Source: Octopus sinensis (lineage: Eukaryota). From it: a stretch of DNA of 64,000 nt. How positions within the stretch are numbered: the stretch's first letter is position 1; each line of letters starts with the position of its first letter. Below the pieces are notes generated by a model. It ran no database searches. It saw nothing but the letters and a program-made list of their open reading frames with translations, and was not told where the DNA came from. Made by a program: the position numbers and the translations under genes. This document shows positions 38,871-50,720 of this stretch, piece by piece. The DNA lies in NCBI RefSeq assembly GCF_006345805.1, contig NC_042999.1:112096001-112160000 (forward strand). Direction: 5' to 3'.

Positions 38871-39245
38871 TTCACACGTATATGTGCATGTGTGTGTATA
38901 TATGTGTTTATGTAGTTATGTGTCTATGCGCATAAAAGAAGTATGTGTATGTATATATGTATGTATGCATGTATGTATGTCTGTCTGTATGTATGTATGT
39001 TCATCTGTCTGTCTGTCGGTATGTATGTATGGATTATGTACATACATATGTATGTCTGTCTGTATGTATGTATGTATGCATGTATGCATGCTTACATGTA
39101 TGTATATATGTACATAAATAGATATGTATGTGTGTGTGAGTGTCCACATGTATATGTGCATGTGTGTGTATATGTATGTATGTATGTATGTAAGTATGTA
39201 TGTATGTATGTGTGAATGTATGTATGTATGTATTGGTGTGCACAT
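38790..39245. repeat. Compound TG/TATG microsatellite
   Basis: Direct reading. Confidence 0.95.
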
Positions 39246-39844
39246 ATCTGCTTTTATGTGTGCAGTAATATGTCTGTATATGTAGGAATGTCTAAGTTTA
39301 TAGCTGATAAAGAAGCCAACAGACGAACGGACAGACAGACAGACAGTTTAGATGGTTGGATGGATGGCTGAATGAATGGATGGATGTGTAAGTATGTAGG
39401 AAAGTAATCAGGTATGTTGGCTGGTATTTTATAAATTCAACTTCCTGTACAAAATCAATTTGTGATAAAAGAAAAAAATTCAATATTTATGGCAATTAAT
39501 TAGTATGTTTCTATTAAACTAATTACTTACTTAGGTATGTGACTGCTAATGTCTAGAGAAAGCATCTGGGAATGCAAGGTCTTTCTGACTTTCTCATAGA
39601 CATTAGAAGTATGAGGAATACAAATGTGAATAAAGTTGCTGTTGTTTTAACTGCATGTGAGCCTTGTTTGAGCAGATATATAAACAGAGATGCTCCAGCC
39701 ATGACTACCCTGTCACAGTATCAGACATTGAGTATCTGTTTGTCTCTTATTTCTACCTAGTCAATAACCTCATAAAGCAGCATTATCTAGGGACAATGTG
39801 AAATTGTAAAAAATATACATACAAAAAAGGTAGTGACAAGAAGT

Positions 39845-40175
39845 GTATCAACATCATCATCATTGTCACCATCATTATCATTGTCATCATTATCATTGTC
39901 ATCTTCATTATCGTTGTCCTCATTGTCATTATTATTTAATATCTACTTTTCCATGCTTGCCTGGGTCAGATAAGAGTATATATTGTGGCAGAATTTGTTT
40001 TTTTTTATTCCAGATTCCTTTCTTGTTGCCAACACTGACTTGTTTCCAAGTGCAGTTATAATATCCCAGTCTATCAGACTACAAACTGTCTTGAAATGTT
40101 TGTGCAGAGATCTGGAAACAAATGACACTACATGAATGAGCCTTTTATTTACAAAGATTGCACAACATGTCAAAA
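39845..40175 (-). mobile_element. SINE C-variant, decayed, with (CAT)n
   Basis: tttaatatctacttttccatgcttg...ttcttgttgccaacactgacttgtttccaag; similar to 46203 and reverse of 58745. Confidence 0.6.
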
Positions 40176-40300
40176 TCCCTCAAGAAACCTGGATATGCTT
40201 TTGTAGTGGACTACAAGACTGCAAGCAAACAATGCCATGAGGAAGCCAATGTTTACAGTCCAGCTCACTCACAAACACATACACAGATATTGTTATACAT

Positions 40301-40342
<42 letters not shown>

Positions 40343-40354
40343 ATATATATACCC

Positions 40355-40495
40355 ACAAGCTTCTTTCAATTTCCACCTACAAAATTTATGATGTGTGGTC
40401 AGACTGGGGCTTTTGTAGAAGACACTTACCCAAAGTAGCTCACATTGGGACTAAACACAAAGCCACATGGTTGGAAAGCAAACCTCTTTAAAAAA
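40355..40495 (-). mobile_element. SINE family B head
   Basis: gcttctttcaatttccacctac...agaagacacttacccaaag...ggttggaaagcaaac. Confidence 0.75.
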
Positions 40496-41269
40496 TAACC
40501 TATACCAGTACCTTAAATCCTACCACAAATAAATCCTAAGTTCAAACCTATGCTAACATGGAGAGACAAATGCTAAACAAACAAATGAACTAACAAATTT
40601 CAAGCTTTAGAAAAAACATGTTAAAACATGTTAAAAAAAAACATGTTAAAGCTTGAGCAACTTGAAAACATTATATATAATTTTATGTACATAATATGAT
40701 AAATAAAACTAAGTAACTAATACTCTTCTATATTTTTTCCTAAATTTTAAATTTAAAACATAGCTTTCTTTACTTTCCTTGTGATGTGCAGAATTAATTT
40801 GTTTTTGAGTAATCTACAGTGTACCGCATTGTTAAAACAATTGAGAAGCAGTACTATAAAAGCCCACTCATTGGCTTATGTGAATGGATTCATCATCAGC
40901 ATCCTCCTTATTTCCATACTGGTATGGATTAGACAAGACTACTTGAGGCAGTATTCAATAGCAAATTGTCCTTCCTAATATCAACTTTTACTTGTTTTCA
41001 AGTAACATATTTTGTTAGACATATTCCCTCACCAGACAGTTAAGCAATTTATTCATTTAGGGTATAAACAACCTTCACTACTGCTTGAACAGCATATATA
41101 ATATGTTAAAAGAAAATTCTGTTGCGTTTTTGACATGATCACTTTGAGAGTACTTTTTTAATAAATACAATAAAATAAGTATTAGTTATCACATTCTAAT
41201 ATGTGTTTTCTTTCCTTTACTTGCAGATTACTTTATACCATAGTGGTTAAAATCATAATGATTTTACTC

Positions 41270-42274
41270 TTTTAAGGTGACACATATCAGATACATATCA
41301 AGCACTCCATGCTGTATGAATTCAAACGGGACTCTTTAGCAATGGAAGTGGCAAGGAATATTTATTCTGTTTATGGAAATGAAGCTCTAAGTGTCCAGAC
41401 ATGCCTAGGATGGTCTGGCAAGTTCTGCACTGGAAATTTTTTCTTGACAAATTTCTCTCAATCTGCACAACTAATATTGAGCTTCTGAAAACTGCTGCTG
41501 GGAAAAATCCTAAGCTAACCATATGAGAATTAGCAAAACAGTTTAAGTAAAGTCACACTTCAATCCTAAAACACCTTCACAAACTAGTAAAAGTGTCTAA
41601 ACTTGGTCAGTAGCTTCCTCTTGTGATTGCTTCTCAGCTTAATGAAGGTATTGTTCCTTGCTTATCACTGAAGAGTAGACTTGTTCCTGAACATTTCCTG
41701 AGTTGAATCATTGCAAGTGATAAAAAGTGGGTTGTCCATAATCATATCTAATGAAAATGAAAAAGTTTAGCACTCAATGTAAAATGAGAAGCTATCCTCA
41801 AACAAAATCACAGATGGAAAATGTTATGTTGTATGTTTGGTGAGATATGAAGGTTGTCATCTATCATGAAGTGTTAAACCAAAATGAAACAGTTAATGCA
41901 GAGAAATATTATCAGATGGAAGTATTGCTCAAAAATATGCAGAGAAAGTACCCACCAATTGGTCATTCATAAAGGAATGTTGCTTTTGCAAGAAAATGCA
42001 AGACCAACTATTGACCTAGTCATTCAGGAAAAGATTACAGTACCAAGCACAGAAGTTTTGCTTTGCCTTCTTTACTCTCCTGAACGTTCTCTCATCTTTT
42101 CAGATCATTGCAACATTATCTAGAAAGAAAATAGTGTATTAATTGTGAAGAAGTTAAACATGATGTTGTATGTTTCTTTGCTTTGAAACCTGAAAAATTT
42201 TGTACCTGAGGGATCAACAATTTGCCAGATAGATGGGATTCTGTTATCACTAATGATGGAGAATATTGTCTTGA

Positions 42275-42275
<1 letters not shown>
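41270..42275 (+). mobile_element. Mariner transposase pseudogene (Hsmar1/SETMAR-like by eye), near full length
   Basis: HIKHSMLYEFKR...ARNIYSVYGNEALS; SDKKWVVH; VMLYVW; LLLQENARP; LYSPE; RWDSVITNDGEY; many stops and frameshifts. Confidence 0.9.
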
Positions 42276-42276
<1 letters not shown>

Positions 42277-42309
<33 letters not shown>

Positions 42310-42515
42310 TTAACGTCCGCTTTCCATGCTAGCATGGGTTGGACAATTTGACTGAGGACTGGTGAACCAGATGGCTGTGCCATGCTCCAATCTGATCTGG
42401 TAGAGTTTCTACAGCTGGATGCCCTTCCTAACGCCAATCACTCCGAGAATGTAGTTGGTGCTTTTACATGCCACCAGCATGAGGGCCAGTCTGGCAGTAC
42501 TGGCAGCAGCCAGAA
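42277..42515 (-). mobile_element. SINE family C
   Basis: catcatcatttaacgtccgctttccatgctagcatgggttggac...gatgcccttcctaacgccaatc. Confidence 0.9.
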
Positions 42516-43063
42516 TTTGCATTTTAACCATCTTGAAATGTGACATGGTTTTCTTTTCTAGATTTCAGAAGCAAGTGATGAGACATGTTTCTAGATATAT
42601 GTATAATGTCTGGAAAATAAAAGGTGGGGAGCATGGATATAACTGAAGCAACTTTGACAATAGGTCCTTTTCATCAAGGCTGCACTGAAGTTTAGACAAT
42701 AACATCAACAAATAAGTTTAGTGGCAACAAAAGTCAGGAGGAATCTGAATACAAAAACTGAAAAAAGAACTAAACTAGAGACCATAAATCAACTCGGAAT
42801 AAACTCTTCAACTACTACTACTGCTGCTGCCGCTGCTACTACTACTACTACTACTACATTTTGAAAATAATAATGAATCATTATGACTTTTAGTAAAGTC
42901 ATAATATATCATCAGAGAATAATTTATTTCACAATATTTGTGCACACACACAAACATATGAAAACAGAAATTTACAAAAAACATACCAACACTCACAGAT
43001 ATATAACTATAAATATAAATATAAATACGTGTCTATGTGTGTGTGTTATAAGATATGTATATA

Positions 43064-43110
<47 letters not shown>

Positions 43111-44334
43111 CAGATATATATATATATATACAGATATATATATATGTATGTATGTGTGTATACATACATGCACAAACACTATTAATAATGATATTGGTAA
43201 GTTTAGATTTATAAGAAATATAAACAGTAAAACAAAGTGAGTAAAGAAATAATTGTCAATACACTTTTCAATGCGGCCGAAACAAATAACTCTTCAAAGA
43301 TGGTAAATTACATCAAAGGTAATAAATTGTGAAGAAATGAGATATAAGATATAAAATATACAAGTAGTTCCAATATGGTCAATAAAGAAAGTCATTTAGT
43401 AACTTGTTTAAATACTAAAAGATTTGATCTTAAAATTCCAATAATTAGGGTGTGAATATATTAAATACATGTGTTCTTTGTGAATGTATATGTATATCTG
43501 TGTGTTCTATGTATATTTATATGCATGTGTGTGTGTGTGCATGTTTGTATGTGTGGATACATTAATGTTAGGTTTGTTAGTATCTGTGTATGTATGAATA
43601 TTTGTATGTGTGCATGCTTAAATATATGTATTTTGATTGTATGCAAGTATGTGTGAGTGAGTGTGTGTGTGTGTGTTGTGTTGTGTATGTGCGTGTGAGT
43701 CAATGCATGTATATACATACATATATACATACATATATGCATACATTATGTATGTAGGCATGCATATATACATGTATGTATATTTTCTTCTATTTTTAAT
43801 GATTTGAAATCTTGCTAAAAAAAAATGAGGAGCTGGTTTCTAACAAAGATACAAAGTTCCATCATTGGAATGTTGCTAACATAAACAAATTCTCATTTTG
43901 AACCTGAGAAAAGTCTTGCATATTATTACTGTTCCACTTACAAACTACATTTTTAATATGTGAGTTAGCTAGTTGATTTTTTTTTTCATCTTTACTTTAT
44001 TTTTTTTAACCCCGCCCCACACACACACACTTATCCAGATTCTCACTCAGACATTTACTCACAAAACCAAGTGTACCAATTATTATTGGTATAAATGTGA
44101 ATTTATAATTGAGATATACAAAAGCTGGTGGTTTCAGAGCAGTTATCCATAGTTTTCTTTCCTTTTAATTTTCAAAGAGATATTCACATCAGCAGAGTAG
44201 CTGACCTTTACGACAGTACATACTTTTTTCCTGTCTGCCCCAGACAACAATGGCCTGCCTGTTATGCTTGTACATGGTAGAAGTTTTGATGGGGATGTTC
44301 AACCAATATTCCTTGTGTTGATCTTCATATTCTG

Positions 44335-44668
44335 AGACCTCCTTCAGTCACTACACAGACCATGGGATTGCACCTAGAAAGTTACCCTCCCAGGCACAAG
44401 TCTGGGCAAGGTTGTTTATGGAAGACCAGCAGTCACCCATGCATACTGGCCTCCCCTCTCCACACCACCAGTGTTATCCAAGGGAAAGGCAATGGCTGAT
44501 ACAGCTTGGCACCTGTGACGTTGCAACTCATTTCTACAGCTGAGTGAACTGGAGCAATGTGAAATAAAGCATCTTGCTCAAGAACAACACGAGCCTGGTC
44601 CAGGGTTCAAGCTCACAACCTCATGATCGTAAGCTCGACGCTCTAACTACTGAGCCATGCACCTTCAT
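44335..44668 (-). mobile_element. SINE family D
   Basis: Reverse complement of the 24957 and 53183 copies along the whole length. Confidence 0.9.
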
Positions 44669-44834
44669 ATATGTATTCAATAATTGTGGGGAATCTTTCT
44701 ATTCCTTCCAGAACAGTCTTTTGTTAGGGTTTGACTGCCCTCTCTAGCATATAAGGTGTCCTAAAAAGGGTTGCCTTTTTTGTGTATAAATGCTATACAC
44801 TTTATATATAAATATATGTGTGTGTGTATATATT

Positions 44835-44915
44835 GGCCACCAGATACAAGGGATCGGGAGACCCTATCAAAGGCTTTCTCCAAGTCACCAAAAGCCGCGT
44901 GTATATCGTTGGTGA
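44835..44915 (-). mobile_element. RTE reverse-transcriptase fragment (approx. 80 bp)
   Basis: IHAAFGDLEKAFDRVSRSLV (RT domain motif DLEKAFDRV). Confidence 0.8.
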
Positions 44916-45089
44916 TTTTCTTTCTCCATCTTCCCTTCCTTGGACCTTTCCTTTTTTTATGTTTCTGACGAAGAGCTTCACTCAAAACGTTAAATCCTCC
45001 TTCTTTCTTTCCTTTCCTGAGCATCCAATAACACTATACTTGTTCCACGTCCTCGCGTTGTTGTGTTTTCTCTTTGTTCATGCTTGGAT

Positions 45090-45093
<4 letters not shown>
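44916..45093 (+). mobile_element. Penelope-like element terminus abutting (TA)n
   Basis: ctgacgaagag...aaaacgtt motif typical of PLE ends; pyrimidine-rich end joined to (TA)n; resembles remembered octopus PLE termini, not database-checked. Confidence 0.6.
44961..44995 (+). ncRNA. Minimal type I hammerhead ribozyme-like motif, probably inactivated (G12 to A)
   Basis: gttt-CTGACGA-a-gag/cttca/ctc-(A)AAA-C-GT-T-aaat: core box, 3-bp stem II, ACGT palindromic stem III, stem I gttt/aaat. Confidence 0.55.
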
Positions 45094-45126
<33 letters not shown>

Positions 45127-45182
45127 TGAGACAGACAGATAGACAGACAGACAGATAGAGATATAGATAGATAGATAGATGT

Positions 45183-45465
45183 GTGTTCAAGTTGGTCTGA
45201 TCAATGGTACAGCTTGCTCATGAAATTAATGTGTGAGTGGACTGAGCACTCCACAGACACGTCTACTGGAACATAGTTCTCAGGGAGATTCAGCATAAAC
45301 GCAGAATATGAAACGGTTGGTCCTTTGAATTGCCAGCCAAGTGGACTGGAGCAACAGGAAATAAAATGTCTTGCTCAAGAACACAATGCACAGCCATGAC
45401 TCAAAGTCACGACCTTACCACCATGAGCCAAAATACCCTAACCACCAAGCCACACACCTTCACAT
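45183..45465 (-). mobile_element. SINE family F
   Basis: Matches 11468-11772 (gagcactccacagacacg, gttctcagggagattcag, ttgctcaag, accaagccacacaccttcac). Confidence 0.85.
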
Positions 45466-45494
45466 GTATGTATATATGTATTATGTATGTATTT

Positions 45495-45660
45495 ATATAT
45501 GACAAGCTTCCCACAGTTTCCAATTTCCAAATTCACATACCACATACAAGGCACTAGTTCACCTAGGGCTATAGTGGAAAACACTTGCCCAAGGTGCCAT
45601 GCCATGGGTCTGAACCTGAAACCACAGCTATGCTTATGTCTGTTCATACCTGTGCCTATT
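45495..45660 (-). mobile_element. SINE family B head
   Basis: gggctatagtggaaaacacttgcccaaggtgccat...atacctgtgcct. Confidence 0.8.
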
Positions 45661-45813
45661 AAACAATAGAATGATGAGGAGAGAGAAATAGTTTAAAAAT
45701 ACAAAAATAATGCAATGAGGGAATTGAATATACTTACACAAAATCGTTCATAAGTTAATTCTTTTGTGAACCCTAAGTAAAACAAATAATGAAGAACTAC
45801 AATACAAAAAAAA

Positions 45814-45845
<32 letters not shown>

Positions 45846-46202
45846 GGCTAAATGTCTGAGTTGAGTTGTTAATAAGATTATAGATTTTCTAACTATTAAC
45901 CTCATCTTTAGAGAGGAAGATGTTTTTAATATTTACTGCTACACTACATTTCAATCAGAGATCAAACAGATCAAAATATAATGTAGATATAAATATTAAA
46001 TAAAATTCATCTCTATTGATGAAGTTATTAATCCGAAAAATTCTAATCTTAAAAACAAAAACAAAAGAAAAACGATACACTATCTTCAGATTTATAGAGG
46101 AGCGGTAGTTTCTTTATTTTATTCCTTTTGCTCAATCAAATTAAAATTTAGTCATAGATTTAATTTGACAAGAACCTAACTTTTTCACTGTATCACTGAG
46201 CA

Positions 46203-46445
46203 CATCATCATCATTATCATCATCATCATTTTGCTGTATGCTTTTCCATGCTTTTATGGGTCAGACAGAATTCATTGAGGCAGATTTTCTATGGCTGGGT
46301 ACCCTTTTTTGTCACCACCCTTCATGTGTTTCTATTATTTCTCCTTTGCCGGATGTGTTGTTGCAGAAGATTGGAAAGAAAAGTTATTATTCACATGGTG
46401 GTAACACTTGTTTACAACTATTGAATAATGTGAAAATTAGAAGAC
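46203..46445 (-). mobile_element. SINE C-variant
   Basis: catcatcattttgctgtatgcttttccatgcttttatgggtcagacagaattcattgaggcagattttctatggctgg. Confidence 0.7.
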
Positions 46446-46838
46446 ACAACCACACACACACACACATACACATGCATACACAACCACACACCCATGAACA
46501 CACAGTCATGCATATGTTCATACACACAAACACACACACATATGCATACATACATGCAAACACACTCTCACATGCACACACACACAGATGCATACTCAAG
46601 CGCATACATACAAACACACACACACACAAACACACACATGCATATACAAGCACACACCCATGAATACACAGTCATGCATATGTTCATACACACATACACA
46701 CACGTATGCATACACACATGCAAACACACTCCCACACGCACACACACACGCAGATGCATATTCAAGCGCATACATACAAACACACACATGCACACACACA
46801 TCCACATGCATGCATTCACGCACACACACACACACATA
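46445..46838. repeat. CA-rich array containing an approx. 166-bp tandem duplication
   Basis: cccatgaa.acacagtcatgcatatgttcatacacaca at 46491 and 46657; caagcgcatacatacaaac in both units. Confidence 0.9.
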
Positions 46839-46945
46839 TGATGGCCTTTCAGTTTCCATCTACCAAACCTACTCACAAGTCTTTGGTCGGCCCAGGCACA
46901 CACTGTGGGATTGAACTTGGAAACATGCTGTTGGGAAGCAAACAT
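46838..46945 (-). mobile_element. SINE family B, partial
   Basis: ggcctttcagtttccatctaccaaacctactcacaagtctttggtcggccc. Confidence 0.75.
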
Positions 46946-47125
46946 TCTATCTACACAACCATGCTTAAATAATGTAAACAATTCTATTTCCAAGATAAAC
47001 TACAAATCATATAGTAAATACCTCGGGTCAACTTAGCAGATCACAGAAGTGGTCCAGGTATACTGAGGAATTCTGTACCTACTGTACCATTAGAGATATT
47101 GTAATCATATATATTTATGACAAAT

Positions 47126-47342
47126 CAAAAGCAGCAAGCTGGCAGAATCATTAACACACCAGGTAAAAATGCTTAGCAGCATTTCATCTGTCTTTATGTT
47201 GTGAGTTCAAATTCTGTTGAGGTCGACTTTGCTTTTCATCCTTTCAGGGTCAATAAAATAAGTACCAGCTGAGCACTGGGGTCAATATAATTGACTTACC
47301 CCTCCCCCGAAATTACTGTCCTTGTGCCAAAATTTGAAATCA
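47126..47342 (+). mobile_element. SINE family A (tail i) with 17-bp TSD
   Basis: TSD atatatttatgacaaat at 47109-47125 and 47343-47359. Confidence 0.92.
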
Positions 47343-47395
47343 ATATATTTATGACAAATTGGACAAATTGAGCACCTCTTTCTATAACATATAAT

Positions 47396-47615
47396 CCTTT
47401 CTACTATAGGCACAAGGTCTGAAATTTTGGGGTAGAGGGCTAGTCGATTACATCAACCTCAGTGTGGAACTGGTACTTATTTCATCAACCCCAAAATGAT
47501 GAAACATAAAGTCAGAATTTGAACTCAGCAGAATTTGAACTCAGAACGTAAAGATGGACGAAATGCCACTAAGAAGTTTGCTCGGCATGCTAACAATTCC
47601 GCCAGCTTGCCGCCT
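47396..47615 (-). mobile_element. SINE family A (tail ii) with 17-bp TSD
   Basis: TSD tttctataacatataat at 47379-47395 and 47616-47632. Confidence 0.92.
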
Positions 47616-48258
47616 TTTCTATAACATATAATAACAGAAGAATTTATGCTTAGATGCTACCAGCTAATCAACCATATCTCAGTTATGCAAACATCTCACA
47701 AACTCTGCCATAGCCAGTCCCAAGCCTGGTTGAGAAAGGAGGAGGGTGGTAGGTGTAAGGTTAGCAGCCATCCACTATCAATTCTCAACATAGTTGAGAT
47801 TTTAGCTTGACTGTGAAAAAGTGCTACACCTCTGGTCAATTTAATTTACAAAACAATGCATGCAATGACAACGTGGGTTAATTAATTCATTCATTCACGG
47901 TGCATTATACAATAGTTTGGGATTACAAAGCCATAACTTACATTTAAAATTATCCAAATATACTGTAAATATACTGTGAACATGTTGATTAATCTACATT
48001 GTGTCATGCAAGTTAGACAAACCGTTTTAGCTACATTTTTGTATATATATTACAAATAGCTATTAGCTACTAATCTCTTCATTGATAGATGAATATTCTT
48101 TCTTTGATGAAAGTCTAACAAAACTGGAAACTGTTTGGAGCCCATAATCTTTTGCCCTGAAGAGAGAAAGAGAGAGAAATTGGTGCAAATACTTAGTTTT
48201 CTCACAGAAGCTAAAACTGTTTTCTCACAGAAGCTAAAAGTGTTTTCTCACAGAAGTT

Positions 48259-48485
48259 AAGGCGGCGAACTTGCAGAAACGTTAGCACACCAGGTGAAAT
48301 GCTTTGTGATATTTCGTCCGTCGCTGCGTTCTGAGTTCAAATTCTTTGCCTTTCAACTCTTTCAGGGTCGATAAATTAAGTACCAGTTATGCACTGGGGT
48401 CGATGTAATCAACTTAATCTGTTTGTCTGTCCTTGTTTGTCCCCTCTATGTTTAGGCCCTTGTGGGCAATAAAGAAATAAAAAGT
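48259..48485 (+). mobile_element. SINE family A with third tail type (iii)
   Basis: aaggcggcgaacttgcagaaacgttagc...ttcagggtcgataaattaagtacc...tttgtctgtccttgtttgtcccctctatgtttaggcccttgtgggcaataaagaaataa. Confidence 0.9.
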
Positions 48486-48516
48486 TAAAAGTGTGTGTTT
48501 ATTAAAAATGATAGAC

Positions 48517-48769
48517 CAGGGATGGGGAAACTTTTTGAATAAACAGGCTGCTTAAGATTGGAGTATGACCAGTTTCTGATCTTGTTAGATCTTCATCAGA
48601 GAAAGAGTAGTGATCTTCTGTCAATGGAAAATTAGTAGTTGCATGAAACATGGCTCAACATCAGATGTGCCACAAAAGATACCACACATCATCAAGCAGG
48701 CTGCATTACTAAAAGATTTCAAGGCCATTCTTTGTTATGCATGCCATTCAAAAAGTTCCTTGATGGCAG
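48517..48769. mobile_element. Old hAT-like MITE
   Basis: Left end cagggatggggaaactttttgaat, right end attcaaaaagttccttgatggcag (imperfect TIR); tagac on both flanks. Confidence 0.45.
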
Positions 48770-49389
48770 TAGACCTTGTATCTCAAAAAACAGGCATTAC
48801 ATAGACTTTGCCCATATTAAATCAAACATTAATTCCGTTACTCTGTGTATATATTTTATCATAAATGAGGAAAGTTCAGAACACAATATTAGCAGGATTT
48901 GAACTTGGTACCATGTAATATAAAAGCAAGTTGCAGGATGAGGTTATTCAAGTTCTCCCTCAATTTTCAACGTCAAAACTATAAGAAAAGTAATATTAAT
49001 AGTTATAGTACCAACAACAAGAATGACAATAATAATAATAATAATAATAATAACAACAACAACAATAAGCTACACTCAATTAAGCTTTCTGCTTGTTTTT
49101 TTAATTTTTTTATTGCAACTTAAAATTTAATTGTTTAATTTACTTTTTAATGAAAAACAAGTATAATTATGTTGTTTTTAAAGTGTTAAAAGGGAAGAAG
49201 AAGAAGAAGAAGAAGAAGAAGAAGAAGGTGACGACATGGTAGCCATGATGGTGATGAAATTAATTTAAATTGAATTGTAAAAAACAAAGTATAAAAATGA
49301 GTGTCACACCTTTTAAATACACTCAAGTGAATGGAGAGTATATACCATATAAATTAAACATGTAGTGTGTATATATATAGATAGATGTG

Positions 49390-49615
49390 CCAGTGGTTCT
49401 GTAATGTATTTATGTATGTGTATATATAATATATATATGTAGGTGTGTATGTATATATATACATATATATACACATATATATATATACATATACATACAC
49501 ATATATATACATATATATACATATATTATATATACATATATATATATGTTATATACATAGATAAATATATATATACATACATACGTACATACATACATAT
49601 ATTTCTATATCTATA

Positions 49616-49649
<34 letters not shown>

Positions 49650-49680
49650 AGATATTTATGCATACATATAGATACACGTT
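49390..49680. repeat. Compound TA/CA microsatellite
   Basis: Direct reading. Confidence 0.95.
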
Positions 49681-50139
49681 TAAGTAAAAAAATATTTTGA
49701 TGTTTTGATGTATATATAATAAATGGGAAAGCATATCTGGTTGAGAATGTACATATGTATATATATTTTATACACTGTAGTGCCTATGTATACATGTGTA
49801 CATTGCAATATACATATTCTAATATTCATGTACAATTATATTGTTCTGTATATATTTATGTTTTAACACCTTTATTTCTGCAAGTATGGGGATGTGTTAC
49901 ATTTATCATGTATGTAATAAATGTGTATACACGTATGTAAACGCGTGCACATACACATAGATATGTATACATATATATAGATGTATAAATATATATATAT
50001 ATATATATATACATATATGTATATATACATGTAAGCAAAAGTTCATACAGCTGAAAGCTTGTATATATATATATGTTATGGTTTCATACTACAACAAACT
50101 TCATTTAAAGTAACACTAGTGTATATCAGATAGAAGGTT

Positions 50140-50570
50140 ATTTGTAATATTGATGGTAGTAGTAGCCATATATGTGGTAGTGGTGGTGGTGGTGCCGTTG
50201 GTGGTGGTGATGGTGATGGTAGTGGTGGTGTTGGCAGTGCTGGTGATGGTTGTGGTGGTGGTCATGGTGGTCATGGTGGTGGCGGCAGCAATGATAGAAG
50301 TGGTAAGTGATGATCTAGAGTACAGCAATGGTAGTAAGGACAGTGAAGTTGTAGCAGAAGTAGTAAAGAGTAGTAGTAGTAGTAGTAGTAGTAGTGTAGA
50401 ATGTATGTGATAGTAGTAGTAATGGCATCAGTGGCAGTGGTGGTGTTGGTGATGGTGTTAGTGATGACAGAAGTGGTTATGGTCGTTGTAGTGGTTACAG
50501 TGGTGGTAGTCATGGTACAGATGATGTTTATGGTGGCAATTGCAGTAATAAAAATAGTTTATGATGATGG

Positions 50571-50651
<81 letters not shown>

Positions 50652-50720
50652 CGATGATGATGATGATATGGTTGAGATGGAGGAGGAGGAATACGTCTTC
50701 AGTCTTTGGCAATGTTAATG
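50140..50720. repeat. Degenerate GGT/GAT/GTA/GAC trinucleotide array
   Basis: Direct reading; includes a (GAT)n(GAC)n(GAT)n run. Confidence 0.95.

Noticed and set aside
48100-48180. Two hammerhead-like strings ttgatga...gaaac and ctgaaga...gaaa
   Set aside because: C3 missing or stem II unpaired and stem I not convincing; too degenerate to call
48196-48260. Short direct repeats that could be mistaken for a CRISPR array (also 29204 and 5860-5950)
   Set aside because: No unique spacers, no cas genes, eukaryotic context
50401-50718. ORF with a long poly-Asp run, suggestive of an acidic biomineral protein
   Set aside because: Lies wholly within a GAT/GAC/GGT trinucleotide array like several others in the window; no signal peptide or unique coding context
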